From: Eledone cirrhosa
Lineage: Eukaryota
Direction: 5' to 3'
Assembly (NCBI GenBank): GCA_964016885.1
Contig: OZ024740.1
Coordinates: forward strand, 107,880,001-107,944,000
Length of the DNA: 64,000 bases
Shown here: in pieces, positions 37,116 to 49,898 of the stretch
Position numbering within the stretch: position 1 is the first letter of the stretch
Layout: every line of letters begins with the position of its first letter
The notes under the pieces: generated by a model
Databases searched by the model: none
What the model saw: the letters and a program-made list of their open reading frames with translations, nothing else
What the model was told of the DNA's origin: nothing
Made by a program: the position numbers and the translations under genes

Positions 37116-38049
37116 TATACACACACATATATATATATATATAATTATATATGCAAAGAAAGGAAGCAAAGCAAATCCTGTTGAAGTAATGAGTTTCCCA
37201 TCATAACCAACACACCACTCCAGCAATGACAAATTTCACTTGTTTCCTATTCTTTTATATCTGTTAAAGGATTACAAGAGAAGAGTTAGGTTCTGGAAGT
37301 TTCATTAAGATTTCCATCTTCCTTTTTAAACAGTAGGAAATCTATTGGATCTCAATTAAGAAATATTTTCAAACTAAATGTAAATTACAAAACTGTATTT
37401 TATTTATCTATTTATTTTATGTGATTCAAAGTGATGATAAATGGATACACTATATAGATATTACAGTAGATAGACACAGTCAGGCAGATAGATAGATAGT
37501 ACACACACACACACACACACATATATATATGCAATTGCACCTCTCAAAGGAAATGACACAGGATTGAGATCTTCGGTGTTATGCATGGGTTAAAGCATAC
37601 ATCCAGTATGCACCGCTTTCCCCTATCCACCCCTCCCTCATTTTATACACCTCTCATGATCTAACACCCTCTTCCATACTCTTCCAATGCCCTAATATTC
37701 CACCCACGTCCTAACACCCCACCCTTCCCCCACATACTGTAAAGTGATCATTTTGGTGCTCTGGCACTCTGCAAAAGGCACTCTGTCCCCACTGTAAAAT
37801 GGTTATGTAGGTGTCACAACAAAAAGCACCCAGTACACTCTGTAAATGTAGTTGGCATTAGGAAGGGCATCCAGCCATAGAAACCAAGCCAAAATCAGTT
37901 CTGTATGAGCAAGACACTGTCATCTGATCTGATTTGTCTCACAACCAGACAACTCATCTCACTGATATTAACGTTGAAAAATGGACGTTAAACGGTGATG
38001 ATGATGATGATGGTGATGATGGTGATGATGATGAATTATATCCCAAGAT

Positions 38050-38686
38050 AACTCAGTGATCAGTGACTTTAGAATCAGAGGTAGGCGAACTCGGAAGCAG
38101 AAGGCAAATTGGAAGAGAAGGACGTGGAAGCAGAGTTAGTGACAAATTCAGGCATGACCTGATTGACGCTTATAACTGTAAAGAAGACAAGTTAGAGAAT
38201 GGCAGCATAGAAGAACAGTGGAGGTTCATGCAGGATAATATGCTGAAAGCTACAGTGAGACTTGTGGGTGGTGCAAAGCCCAAGGGAGACAAAGAATAAC
38301 ATGGTAATGGAATAGGAGAGTAGATGAGGCAGTTCAAATTAAGAAGCAGGTATGGAAAGACTGGCAAAATGTGGAAAGCAGCTAGAAGATAAGATAGGCA
38401 CCAGGTGTACTGAGCAAGGAAGGAAGCAGAAAGCATGACGTTTATGCATGTTTTGTGCCACAAGGACCAAAGGTGTGAGTTGTTCAGGATCGCAAGACAG
38501 TGTGTGAGGGGAAAATCAAGACATTGGGGAGAAATGTATCTTTGGCACATTTGTCCTCACTAACACTGAAAAAAGAAAGAGGCATAGAAGTACCATTATA
38601 AGAGACTGTCTGCCTCAAGCAGACCTGCCAGAGAGACCAGCTATCCAAGGTAGCAGCAATGTGGTGAGACAATTAAGTATATGAGC
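38050..38686 (+). mobile_element. Old RTE LINE fragment, 5' part (continues at 41070)
   Basis: Degenerate homologue of the pre-RT region; rejoining across the young insertion reads TIKYMS-TSKAAGPSG. Confidence 0.7.
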
Positions 38687-41069
38687 TACAACGCGAGGAC
38701 CAAAAACGTGAGGTCTTCAGGATTGCTAGGCAATGTGTCAAGGAAAACCGTGATATTGTCGGGGAGAAGTGTGTACTTAATGATGACGGCGTACTTGCCA
38801 TCACCGACGCTGATAAGAAGGTAGCTTGGAAGTGTCACTACGAAAGGCTACTAAATGAGGAGAATAAATGGGAGAAAGACAGTCTCCCCCACATCGACCC
38901 AATAGAGGGACCAGCAGTGTTAGTCGAGGGCAGTATAATAAGTAAGGCAATCAAAGATATGAAGACGGATAAGGCGGCTGGGCCTTCGGAAATAGTTGCT
39001 GAGATGCTGAAGGCATCTGGTACGGTGGGACACGCCATGGTCACCCGGATAGTTAACCAAGTCGTACAGAATGGGGTTGTTCCGAAGGACTGGCGTAGCA
39101 GCATCATCGTTAACTGTTATAAGGGTAAAGGAGATGCCCTAGATAGGAGTAACTATAGAGGCATTAAATTAATCGACCAGGTCATGAAGGTCACGGAAAA
39201 AGTAATAGCGCAACTAATCAGAGAGAGAATTGATCTAGATGAAATGCAGTTCAGGTTTGTGTCAGGCAAAAGTACCACAGACGCTCTTTTCATTGTACGA
39301 CAACTACAGGAGAAGTACCTAGCTAAAAGTAAACCCCTATACTTAGCCTTTGTCGACTTGGAGAAAGCCTTCGACAGAGTCCCCCGTTCCATTATCTGGT
39401 GGGCTCTTAGAAAACTAGGTGTTGACGAATGGCTTGTGAGAGCTATACAAGCCATGTATAAAGAAACAGTCAGCAAGGTTAGAATTAACAACGAATATAG
39501 TGAAGAGTTTAGCGTAAAAGTTGGCGTCCATCAGGGCTCTGTTCTCAGCCCCCTACTATTTATTATTGCCCTTCAGGCTATAACAGAGGAGTTCAAGACC
39601 GGCTGCCCATGGGAACTCCTATACGCAGATGACCTAACACTCATAGCTGAATAAATGGCCGAGCTAGAGAAGAAATTCCAAACATGGAAGCACGGCCTAG
39701 AATCAAAAGGCCTTAAAATTAACCTGGCTAAGACTAAAGTTCTAGTTTGTAAGAAAGAAAATAAGGCGGCGGTCCCTTCCGGGAAGTGGCCATGCTCAGT
39801 GTGTAGGAAAGGCGTAGGTAGAAACTCCATTTTATGTCCCAAATGCAAAGTATGGGTGCATAAAAGATGTAGTGGGATCACAAGTAAGCTAACTAAGAAC
39901 ATAGATTTTACATGTGGCCGGTGTTCTGGTGCAATAAGTAGCAGCAAGTTGCCACCAAATACTAGCTCTTTCAACTGCGCAGAGGGTTCTATAGAAATAG
40001 TGGACAGCTTCCGTTACCTGGGTGACAAAATCAGCAGTGGGGGAGGGTGCTCTGAAAGTACAGTAGCTCGAGTCAGAACTGGATGGAAAAAGTTCAGAGA
40101 GCTTATACCACTATTAGCCGCTAAAGGGTTCTCCCTAAAAATGAAAGGCAGGCTGTATGATGCCTGCATACGAACAGCAATGTTGCATGGCAGTGAGACC
40201 TGGGCATTGTGTGCAGAGGATATACGCAGACTAGAGAGGAACGAAGCTTGCATGCTCCGCTGGATGTGTAATAGTAATATACGTGAACGGCAAAGCATAA
40301 ACGAACTAAGGAAAAAATTATAAATAAGAGGTATCAGATGTTGTTTACTCGAGACAAGGGTACGTTGGTACGGTCACGTGATGCGCATGAAAGACGATAG
40401 CTGTATAACAAAGTGCAGGGCAATAAAGATAGACGGTAGCCACGGAGTAGGCAGACCCAGAAAAACCTGGGACGAGCTGATAAATTCGGACCTCACACAC
40501 TTACACCTCTCCAAGTACACTCCATTGGACTGAGACCTTTGGCGGTACTCAGTAATAGAGAAGACCCGCCTTACCTAAATACAAAGTAAAACCTACTACA
40601 GTCAGTAGGCATCTCTAACAAAATACACCCCCGTCCCACCACCCCCACCCCATCCACACCGTCCCTTTCAATGTAAAGTTATGTTGGTGCCACAACATCC
40701 AGGCTGAAACAAATGAGATCGTGTAGGTGTCACGACAAAAAAATACACAGTCCACGCTGTAATGTGGCCGTGTAGGCAACACGTTAAAAACCTCCCAGCC
40801 CCACACTGTAAATGTGGTTGGTGTTAGGAAGGGCCTCCAGCTGTAGAAAACCCGCCAGACAGTCCACGCTGTAATGTGGCCATGTAGGCAACACGGTAAA
40901 AACCTCCCAGCCCCACACTGTAAATGTGGTTGGTGTTAGGAAGGGCATCCAGCTGTAGAAAACCCGCCAGACAGTCCTATGCGAGCAAGACAATCACTCT
41001 TGCCTCAAGTGGGAAAACCCCCGTCCAAGCGTGGAACACGGACGTTAAATGTTGATGATGATGATGATG
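38687..41069 (+). mobile_element. Young 5'-truncated RTE LINE with complete RT domain and PHD-like finger
   Basis: Single frame 38686-40578 with three point stops (39652, 40321, 40531); NYRGIKL, FVDLEKAFD, VHQGSVLSP, YADD; putative TSD atgagc at 38681 and 41070. Confidence 0.95.
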
Positions 41070-41735
41070 ATGAGCACAAGTAAAGCAGCAGGTCCATCAG
41101 GGAGAGTAGCTGAGGTGCTGAAAGCATCTGGTTGAGTTGGGCATTCACTAACTACATTCATAGTAAATCCAATAAAATAAGACATCGACATACCTAATGA
41201 CTGGTGTAGCAGTATCATTCTCAACTGCTACAAGGGCAAAGGAGATGCACTGGGCAGAGGATACTACAGAGGCATCAAATTGATGGACCAAGCTATGAAA
41301 GTTATTGAAAGGGTTATTGCACAACTAATTTGTGATAGAATTAACATAGACAAGTTGCAGTTTGGCTTTATACCTGCTAAAATTGCCACAGATGCCCCCT
41401 TCCCTGTGAGACAGCTGCAGGAGAAGTATCTAGCTAAGAGTAAGCCTCTCTACTTAACTTTTGTTGAACAGGAAAAAATTTTTGACAGAGTTCCTCACTA
41501 CATTATCTGGTGGGCTCTTAAGAAACTAGGGGTAGAAAAATAGCTTGAAGGGTGGTACAAGCTATGTATAGAGGTGCAGTCAGTAACGTTAAAATCAACA
41601 GTGAATATACTGTGATGAATTTAGTGTGCAGCCGGGGGTCCACCAGGGCTCTATTCTTAGCTTTCTCCTGTTTATTATTGCCCTCCGAGCTAACACAGAA
41701 AAGTTTAAAACTGGCTGCCCATGGGAACTCCTACT
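41070..41735 (+). mobile_element. Old RTE LINE fragment, RT part
   Basis: YRGIKLMDQAMKV, QLQEKYLAKSKPLY, GCPWELL remnants with frameshifts. Confidence 0.8.
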
Positions 41736-41790
41736 CACATGAAACAAACATATAGGCAGACAGACAGATAAAAAGCTATATAGATCTTAC

Positions 41791-41825
41791 CGTAGATACA
41801 TATCCATGATAAATGATACAGGCAT
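41791..41825 (-). CDS. Candidate coding tip of an alternative first or short exon (MPVSFIMDMYL+2 nt)
   Basis: gctATG...CTACG|GTAAGA in unique sequence. Confidence 0.3.
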
Positions 41826-42240
41826 AGCTGAATAAAATGTTTTCTCTCAAATTAACTTTAATTTATGAATGAAAATAAACATAAGATCTCTCACATTTGG
41901 ACTTCACTCAACACAGCTAGAGTGCTGAATACCTGGGGTATCAATGGAACATGTGTGTTTAGTTATATATTGGAGTAGACTTTTGGTTGTAACTAAATTC
42001 AGCAGAGCTTTTTAGCACCAATTCATATCTGTATCACCTGTATCTTTCATAAATATGGTGCATGCTTCAACCAGCTTCTACAGCATTAACACTTTTGTTA
42101 CCATATTTCTAAAGAAATATATCACCAAATTATTTCCTGAAGGGTTTGGATGTGTTCACTAAACTTATTAAATATCCTTTAAGATGGTATTTGCAACATA
42201 AAATGGAAAACTGGCAGACTCCATAGAATGTAGGCTAGAA

Positions 42241-44736
42241 CAGTGATTCTCAACGTGGTCCAGGTGGACCACATAGCATTTCTAGTGGTCCACAGAGAAT
42301 TCGTAGTCATAAAAAAATTGTAGCCATTTCACAAAAATGTAACTAATATAATATTTTGTTTAATTACACACATGTCCATTATATTTGAAAAGTTCGAAAT
42401 TACGTAGGTATTATGCAGTGCTATATTTATTTTTTTTTTTTATTCATATAAAAAAAAAAATGGTACTTGTAACGAATGTACATACCGTGAAATCTTCTTC
42501 GTTGATAACTAAAACGGACAGACAGACGGACATTCGGCAAATTATAGTAAGATATTCAAGAGAATAGCAAAGACTCGGTACATATATCCGCCACAAGGAC
42601 CAAAAAAATTATTCCTATGCTAATAGATCACTACACAATATTGTTTGATAATAAATTTGATATTTCTAATTTATAGAAATAAAGTATTTATTATTTTTTT
42701 TTTTTTTCATATCAGTTGTAAGAATGTCTGAACCAATTGCTAAAAAGGCAAAACTGAGGAATTACATGGAAGATTTTATCATGTTTGGCTTTGTATCTGT
42801 AGACTCAAAACCTATGTGTCTTGAATGTGGTGCCATCTTGACAAATCATTCCATGAAGAAAGTTAAGCTGGAGCAGCACCAGAAATCAAAGCATCCATCA
42901 TCTGTTGGTAAAGATAGGGAATATTTTTAGAATAAAAATAAAAGACAGCCAGTCAAACTATCCGACTTTGTAAAGAAGTTGAATACTGCAAAAGTAAAGA
43001 CACTTAAACCAAGTCTCTGAAATTATTGCCAAGGTTGCAGCACCTCAGGTTTATGGTGAGAAGCTTGTCAAGCCTGCTATGATAGCTTGTGCAAATGAGG
43101 TTCTAGGAAAAGATGCTGCATCTACCCTGAGTACAATTCCACTTTCAAATGACACTTTCAAATGACACTTTCAAATGACACTATTACAAGAAGACAGGAT
43201 GAAATGTCTAATTTTGTTGAGGAGAAGATGGTGGAAATTCTGCAAAAGACAAAGTTTTCTATCCAGGTTGATGAGAGCACAATTGATAACCAAGCTATCC
43301 TTCTGGTCTATGTCAGATTCATCCATGAAGATGATATAAGGGAAGAAATGTTATTCATTAAAAGTTTGCCTGAAACTACTAATGGAGAATGCAGTATTTT
43401 AATGATAAAATTATTCCATTGACTAATTTGATCAACATTGCATCAGATGAGGCTGCAGCCATGACTGGAAAAGTGAAAGGCTTTGTTTCTAGAATGAAAT
43501 CAGTTGCTCCTCACATCTTTTATATACATTGCATTATCCACAGACAGCATTTGGTTGCTAAGAATATTGGAGGAGGCATGCAAGAAGCACTCAACACTGC
43601 CATACATGCAATTAACTTTGTCAAATCAAACTCAGTGAATAATAGATTTTTTGTGCAATTCTGTGAAGATGAAAATTTTAAAAACCTATTGCTTCACACA
43701 GAAGTAAGATGGTTGTCAAAAGGCCTGAGCCTTGAAAGACTAGTGAATTTGTGGGAACCATTAATCAACTTTCTCGTATTCAACTCCAAGAAGCAAGCTG
43801 ATACAGCTAAGGAAATTTTGGAAAGACTTCCTGAGTTTAAATCAAAAATATTCTACCTGAGTGATATTTTAAAAACAGTGAATCTGCTTAACTTGGAGCT
43901 GCAAGGTAGAAGATCAGATTTAGTCACCTGTGCTCAGAAGATAAAACGCTATATGGCGAAATTGAAATTTTGGAAAAAACAGTTTGAGAAAAAAAATTTA
44001 GCATAATTTCAAAATTTCAACACCACTGTTCCTACATCAGAATGCATTGCTGCATGCATTGCTCATCTTGAAGGTCTTCATGTAGACTTTGAGAGAAGAT
44101 ACAATGATCTATTGTAGACCTAAAAAATTATGAGCCAGGAGATGATACAATGATCTATTGTAGACCTAGAAAATTATGAGCCAGGAGATGAAAATGTTGA
44201 GTTGGCTGAAATGTTGTTGGACTTGAAAAAGAATGTAAAACTGAGAAGAGTTGACAAAGAAGGTGTCTTTGCCTACATATCGATAAAGGACTCACACCCA
44301 AATATTTTTCAACATGTAGAAGCAAGCATCATTTCTTTCCCTACCACATGGATGGTGGAATCTGGATTTTCAGCTGTTGTGGATGTTTTCAGTAGAAAAA
44401 GAAATAAATTAGATCTCAACAGCAGAGGAACTATCAGATTAAGACTGAATGACTTCATCAAAATTTATTATGATATCTTGTATCAGAAATACCAAGATCA
44501 AGGTAGTCACTAGCTGAATGGACTAAAACTGAATGACTTCATCAAAATTGATTTTGATATCCTGTGTTTATCCTTGTTTACTAAAATAAATTTTAAAGTA
44601 TAAATAGACTATTTTGTCTTTTCATTAAGTATTTTAGTGTGAAAATGGAACAGCTTAAAAGTAAAAGTAGGAGTGGTCCATTGGAATTTTTTGAAGAAAA
44701 AATGGTCCATGGGCTGAAAAAGGTTGAGAAGCACTG
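42241..44736 (+). mobile_element. Full-length decayed hAT transposon (Buster/Charlie type)
   Basis: TIRs CAGTGATTCTCAAC / GTTGAGAAGCACTG; perfect 8-bp TSD GGCTAGAA (42233-42240, 44737-44744) with central TA. Confidence 0.95.
42724..44513 (+). pseudogene. hAT transposase pseudogene (ZBED5/SCAND3-like family)
   Basis: BED-like CLEC..H..H; QVDEST, IASDEAAAM, HCIIH, EVRWLS, VESGFS; stops, frameshifts and internal tandem duplications at ~43140 and ~44098. Confidence 0.9.
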
Positions 44737-45191
44737 GGCTAGAATACTTTACTGTATTTGTTTCAACTCCTTGTTCTCCAAGTTCAAATCTTGTCACGAT
44801 CAACTTTGCCTTTCATCCTTTAGTGAGAAGTAATTTCACTTTCAAAACCATTGATAAAAGACACTTGCCCAAGCTGCCCTCTAGTTGAATAAAATTCAAA
44901 CCTTATGATTACAAAGCAAACTTCTTAACCACTTAGCAAAGCTTGTATCCAGTGCAAATAAAAATCTTGTTGGACAGACTTCCTGGCATTCCACAGCCCA
45001 ATAATTATTATGTTACATCATCAAAAACACATATGCTACAATCTTTCATGAAACACAAATGTAACACAAAAAAAAGAAGGCAGCAAATGTTCTAAAACGT
45101 CATTTGCCAACAGTGTTGCCCTCCCCACTCTCTCCGTGAAAAGTCAACACGGGAGAACAATACAGTACAATGGTTATATATATTAATTTAA

Positions 45192-45379
45192 CCCTTTAGC
45201 ATTTACATTATATTTACTATTATTTCATGGTAAAGACTACTTCACAAAATATTGAATCTATGAGATTTTGATAATATTTATTTTGAGAACAATACCATAA
45301 CATCAGTATGAGTGGCTGGTTATGATTGGTTTGAACAGAAAAAGGTAAGAGAATTTTGATCAGATTAAATGCTAAAGGG
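45192..45379. mobile_element. TTAA-target MITE, same family as 1980-2200
   Basis: TTAA|CCCTTTAGCATTTA...TAAATGCTAAAGGG|TTAA. Confidence 0.8.
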
Positions 45380-45914
45380 TTAATGCTTTATATAGTAAGG
45401 AAAGTGTCTTAATATTTAGGATGTTAGAACTTCATTGGAAGATAAAAGAAAAATAGAAATATAGATGAGGAGAGAGAGAGAGAGAGAGTCTAAAAACCTA
45501 TCTTTGTTACAATTTGGCTAAGAATACAGATATTAGATATTCCCTCTGTAAAAAGATAGGTTATGTACCAATAGGTATAGTGTGGACAAAACAAAATAGA
45601 AGTTTACAAGAAGTGAATGAGTGTAGTCAGTTTATTTGGGTGCAAAGCAGTAAAATTCCATTGTATTTTGTAGTCAAAAATAGATAGGTTGGCACATGTC
45701 CTAAGTATTTATAGTCTTCTGTATTCTCTGTTATAATGACTTTTAAATGTTGTCAATAATTAGGTTTTCATTGTTTCAAAGATTTATTTTCATAAGAAAT
45801 TCTAATATTAAGTCTCCTGTTATTTGTTCCTAGTGTCTTCTCTTTTTACATTCTCTTTAACTTGGAAATTCCTTATGATTTGACATTACCATGACAGACT
45901 ATAATGTGATATAC

Positions 45915-46085
45915 AATAACTTGACAGAATACACCTTGTCAGAACATACCTCAACACAATACACCTTGACAGAATACACCTTGTCAGAACATACCTCAAC
46001 ACATTACATACACCTTGACAGAATACACCTTGTCACAATATACCTGGACAAAATATACCTGAACACAATATACCTTGACACAATC
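45915..46085. repeat. 15-bp minisatellite
   Basis: acaccttgacagaat units. Confidence 0.8.
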
Positions 46086-47075
46086 TACTTTCCATATTTT
46101 TGTTCAACTGAACAGTCATAAACATTTGTGCCCACACTCATCATGTTGGAGTGTTGTGTGTCTGTGTCTGTGTTAAGGTGGGTGTATTAGATATTAATGA
46201 GAAGACTGTCAGTAAGTGATGTAAAGTCAGAAAATGTGACTGTAGACAATGATAAGATATGAAAGACTAACAAGGATTGAATAACTGAAACTGTGTTTCC
46301 CAGTGGATGAGAATAGGATAACAGCTACAATGATAGAATATGGTGTTATACAGAGACATGGAATTGAAAACACCAGACAAATTGGGTATCAAACATTAAT
46401 TTTCGAAATGAAATGAAAATAAAAATTACAGCTTGCCCATATGTAACTTTACCTGGCCTCCTATTGTGTAGCATATCAGAGGGAGTTTCTCAGCTAATTT
46501 AATGATAGAATTCCCAGTCCTATCATGAAAAGCAACATGAAATGAAGCATCTTGCTCAAGAACGCAATGCATTGCATGATTCAGAAATTGAGCCCATGAC
46601 CTTATGATTATGAATCCAACACTCTAGCCAAATGTCTTCACATATGTTATTACATATATATATATGCCTCCATCCTTCCAACCCTGATACACCTGACCGG
46701 CCCAGCCCATAAACATTAGAGATGCTCAACATCTAACCCCCTACAATGCCATGCCATGATAAAAAGCACAAAATCCATCCAGTATGCTAATCTGGACCCA
46801 CAACAACAAAAGCACCCAGACGATCTTGTAAGGTAGTTATGGTGTTAACACAAGAAAAAGCACCTAGTTCCCAATGTAAAGTGGTCATTCCAGTGCCACA
46901 ATAAAAAGCACTCACTTTACACTGTAATGTTGTTGGCATTAGAAATGGCGTGCAGTCATGGAAACCAAGCCAAAATACAGATCTGTATGAGCAAGACATG
47001 GTTTCTGGACCCGACTTGTCTCATAACGTGACAACCCATCTAATGCATTCAAATGTGGAAAATGGATGTCAAATG

Positions 47076-47076
<1 letters not shown>

Positions 47077-47140
<64 letters not shown>
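47077..47140. repeat. (CA)n microsatellite
   Basis: Direct reading. Confidence 0.95.
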
Positions 47141-47147
<7 letters not shown>

Positions 47148-47289
47148 CAGCAGCAGCTTTTTATGTCTAATTTTCCTTGCTTAGATGGGTTAGATGGGTC
47201 TTTTCTAGCACAGCTTCCATCCACCTACTGCATTTTGAGATCCCCTCTCACCACTTCCACCCAAGTCTTCCCTATGAAACTGTATAGAC

Positions 47290-47480
47290 CTTGGATTGGC
47301 AGTATCGGTAGGGGGTCAGACGCCATGCTTTGCAGCATAGAGTTACGGCCCTTTATGATCTGAGTTCAAATCCCGCCAGGGTTAACTTTACCTTTCATCC
47401 TTACGGGGTGGATAAAATAAAGTACCAGTAATATACTGGGATAATTGCTGGCCTTGTGCCAAAAGTAGAAACAATTATTG
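47290..47480 (+). mobile_element. tRNA-SINE
   Basis: Same family as 35620-35812. Confidence 0.85.
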
Positions 47481-49470
47481 CCTATAATATGTTCAAGAGA
47501 TGATATTAAATCAGAGTTTTAAGAATCAGTCGTTTTAGAGTTAAAACAAGATATTCTTATTGGTTTTCTTAAGATTAAAGCATATTGTATAACATCTATA
47601 CTGATTGGTGGCTTAGATAGTATAACAGCAACAACAGTAGAATACGATGCCACATTGAGCTATGTAATTGGAGACACAGGAGAAATTAGGCGCCAAATAT
47701 CATATTGAATAACAACTAGGCTCTGATTGGTGGCTTAGATGGTACAATGGCTAAAATTGTAGAATATGATGCCACACAAGTATGTAATATTAGACACAGG
47801 AGAAATTGGGTGCCAAACCAAAGAGGAAACAAATTTAAATGATACTATATGTGATGTATAGGTTCTTTGCACATGTACATACACATACTCCCCATCCACC
47901 CAACACACACACACTTGCATGTACACACACATACACAGATAGAACATATGCCATTTTACGTTTTACATTTTTCCTTTCTGATATGAGTACCACAGACTAC
48001 ATCATCTAATGTATCCTTCCATTCTTAAGACAGTACTACAGTGTAATTTGAGGGCATTTGTCTGCTGTTCCTAGCAGGTTGAGTGAGCACCAACTGCATG
48101 CTCACTCAACTAACTTTAACTTTTCTGTGTTGGTTAATCAAATAATTGAATTTACCTAAACACTTTCCATCATGATTTTATGTAAAAACCTTTAAGTCAA
48201 GTTCCAAACACCAGCTTAATAATCAGAAAGCTAGTTCTTCTTTGCCCACGTATTCCTGAGAGGGATTTGGGGACAGAGTCCTCAAGCATGCCTTCCAGGG
48301 CCTGCCAGAAGCAACTGTCTCCAATTGATCCGGCTGAATCCCCAAGTGAGACAAGCCAAGCTCATGAATGCTCTGGGTCTCCTTCCTGTTGGCTTTGCTT
48401 GGAAAATCTGTCCAACAATTCTTTTCTTAGACATTCTGACCACATGTCCATAGTATCGGAGCTGTGATCTCTCAATTCAGTGAAGTAGCGGCGCTACCTG
48501 GAGTGACTCCCTGGTCTCTGAGTTATGCACGCTATCAAGAAAGCTAGTTATATTTCTAAATTTCTTCTAAATTTTTGATTATTACAAAATTATTTGAAAA
48601 CAATAAGCAGTGTCTTTTTGTTATAAATATGGTAACAAAAGGGTTAATTTACTAAACCATCTTCTACAAAACTACTCTGCTTAATTGAGAGCAACCAGTA
48701 CAGTCACTCATCATAATATCAGACTTTTAATACTAACAACTTTGGTGTTCTAATAGAAATTATTTTAAGATTCAGTCCACACTGTAGTGGTCGTGTAGGT
48801 ATCACAATAAAAAGCACTCAGTACACACTGTAAATGTGGTTGCCATTAGGAAGGGCATCCAGCTGAAGAAACCAAGCCAAAGTCAGTTCTGTTTGAGCAA
48901 AACAGTCCCACAACCTGGTTGTCTCACAACAGGAGAGCTCGCCTAACCCATACTAGCGTGGAAAATGGACGTTAAACGACAATGATGATGATGATGATTC
49001 AATTAGCCACTAAAAGTTATTCTGACTTAAAAATAGAATAATCTACTGCGTTTTCTCATCAAATCCAAAACAATCATACTTTTGGCCTTCGTGGAGAGGG
49101 GGGGGGGGGGGGAATTTGATATGTCTGTAGTTCCTTATCCTAAACAAGTGAAGCTTGATAACACAATAACACACATCAAATCATTACTTTATGGAAGAAA
49201 GCACCTATAAAGAGTCTCATTAGGTGCACAGAAAACCAAAAAACACCAAGTTTATCAGTAGACAATATGGTAGAGAGTTACCTCCCAACTGTTAATAGAA
49301 ATAAACTAGAGAAATAATAATAATAATGATAATAATATTCCAGCATTCACAGATTACAGCAGATTCTTACGATAGAAATAGACAAAATACAATGAGGTGG
49401 AATGGTTTGATGAAATATTTTTAACATGCTTGAAATAAGCAATAATGCCTGCTTCACTGAATATTGTTCA

Positions 49471-49806
49471 GGCACATGGCTTAGTGGCTAGAGCATTGGC
49501 CTTGCAATCGAAAGGTTGTGAGTTCAATTCTCAGACCGGGTGATGTGTTGTTTCCTTGAGCAAGACACTTTATTTCACATTGCTCCAGTTTACTCAGCTG
49601 TAGAAATGAGATGATAGGGACTGGGGTCCATATCATTCCACTGCAAAGTGGTCGTGGAGTTGCCACGGTAAAAAAGCACCCAGCACTCACTGTAAATGAG
49701 GTTGGTGTTAGGAAGGGCATCCAGCTGTAGAAATCAAGCCAGAATCAGTTCCCGTCCCACCCTTGCAAGCAGGGAAAAGCGGGCGTAAAATGAAATGATG
49801 ATGATG
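49471..49806 (+). mobile_element. tRNA-headed SINE ending in an RTE 3' UTR tail
   Basis: A-box tggcttagtgg, B-box gagttcaattc, ccttgagcaagacact domain, then RTE 3' UTR and (GAT)n. Confidence 0.65.
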
Positions 49807-49898
49807 AACTTACTGTCAATGACAAAACCTTCATAAGCCAATAACTAGTATAATCAACCAATTTGTAAAGTATTACTACATTAAATATTATTACATTA

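Noticed and set aside
42724-44513. Domesticated ZBED5/SCAND3-like host gene
   Set aside because: Multiple stops and frameshifts, and intact TIRs/TSD, show a dead transposon
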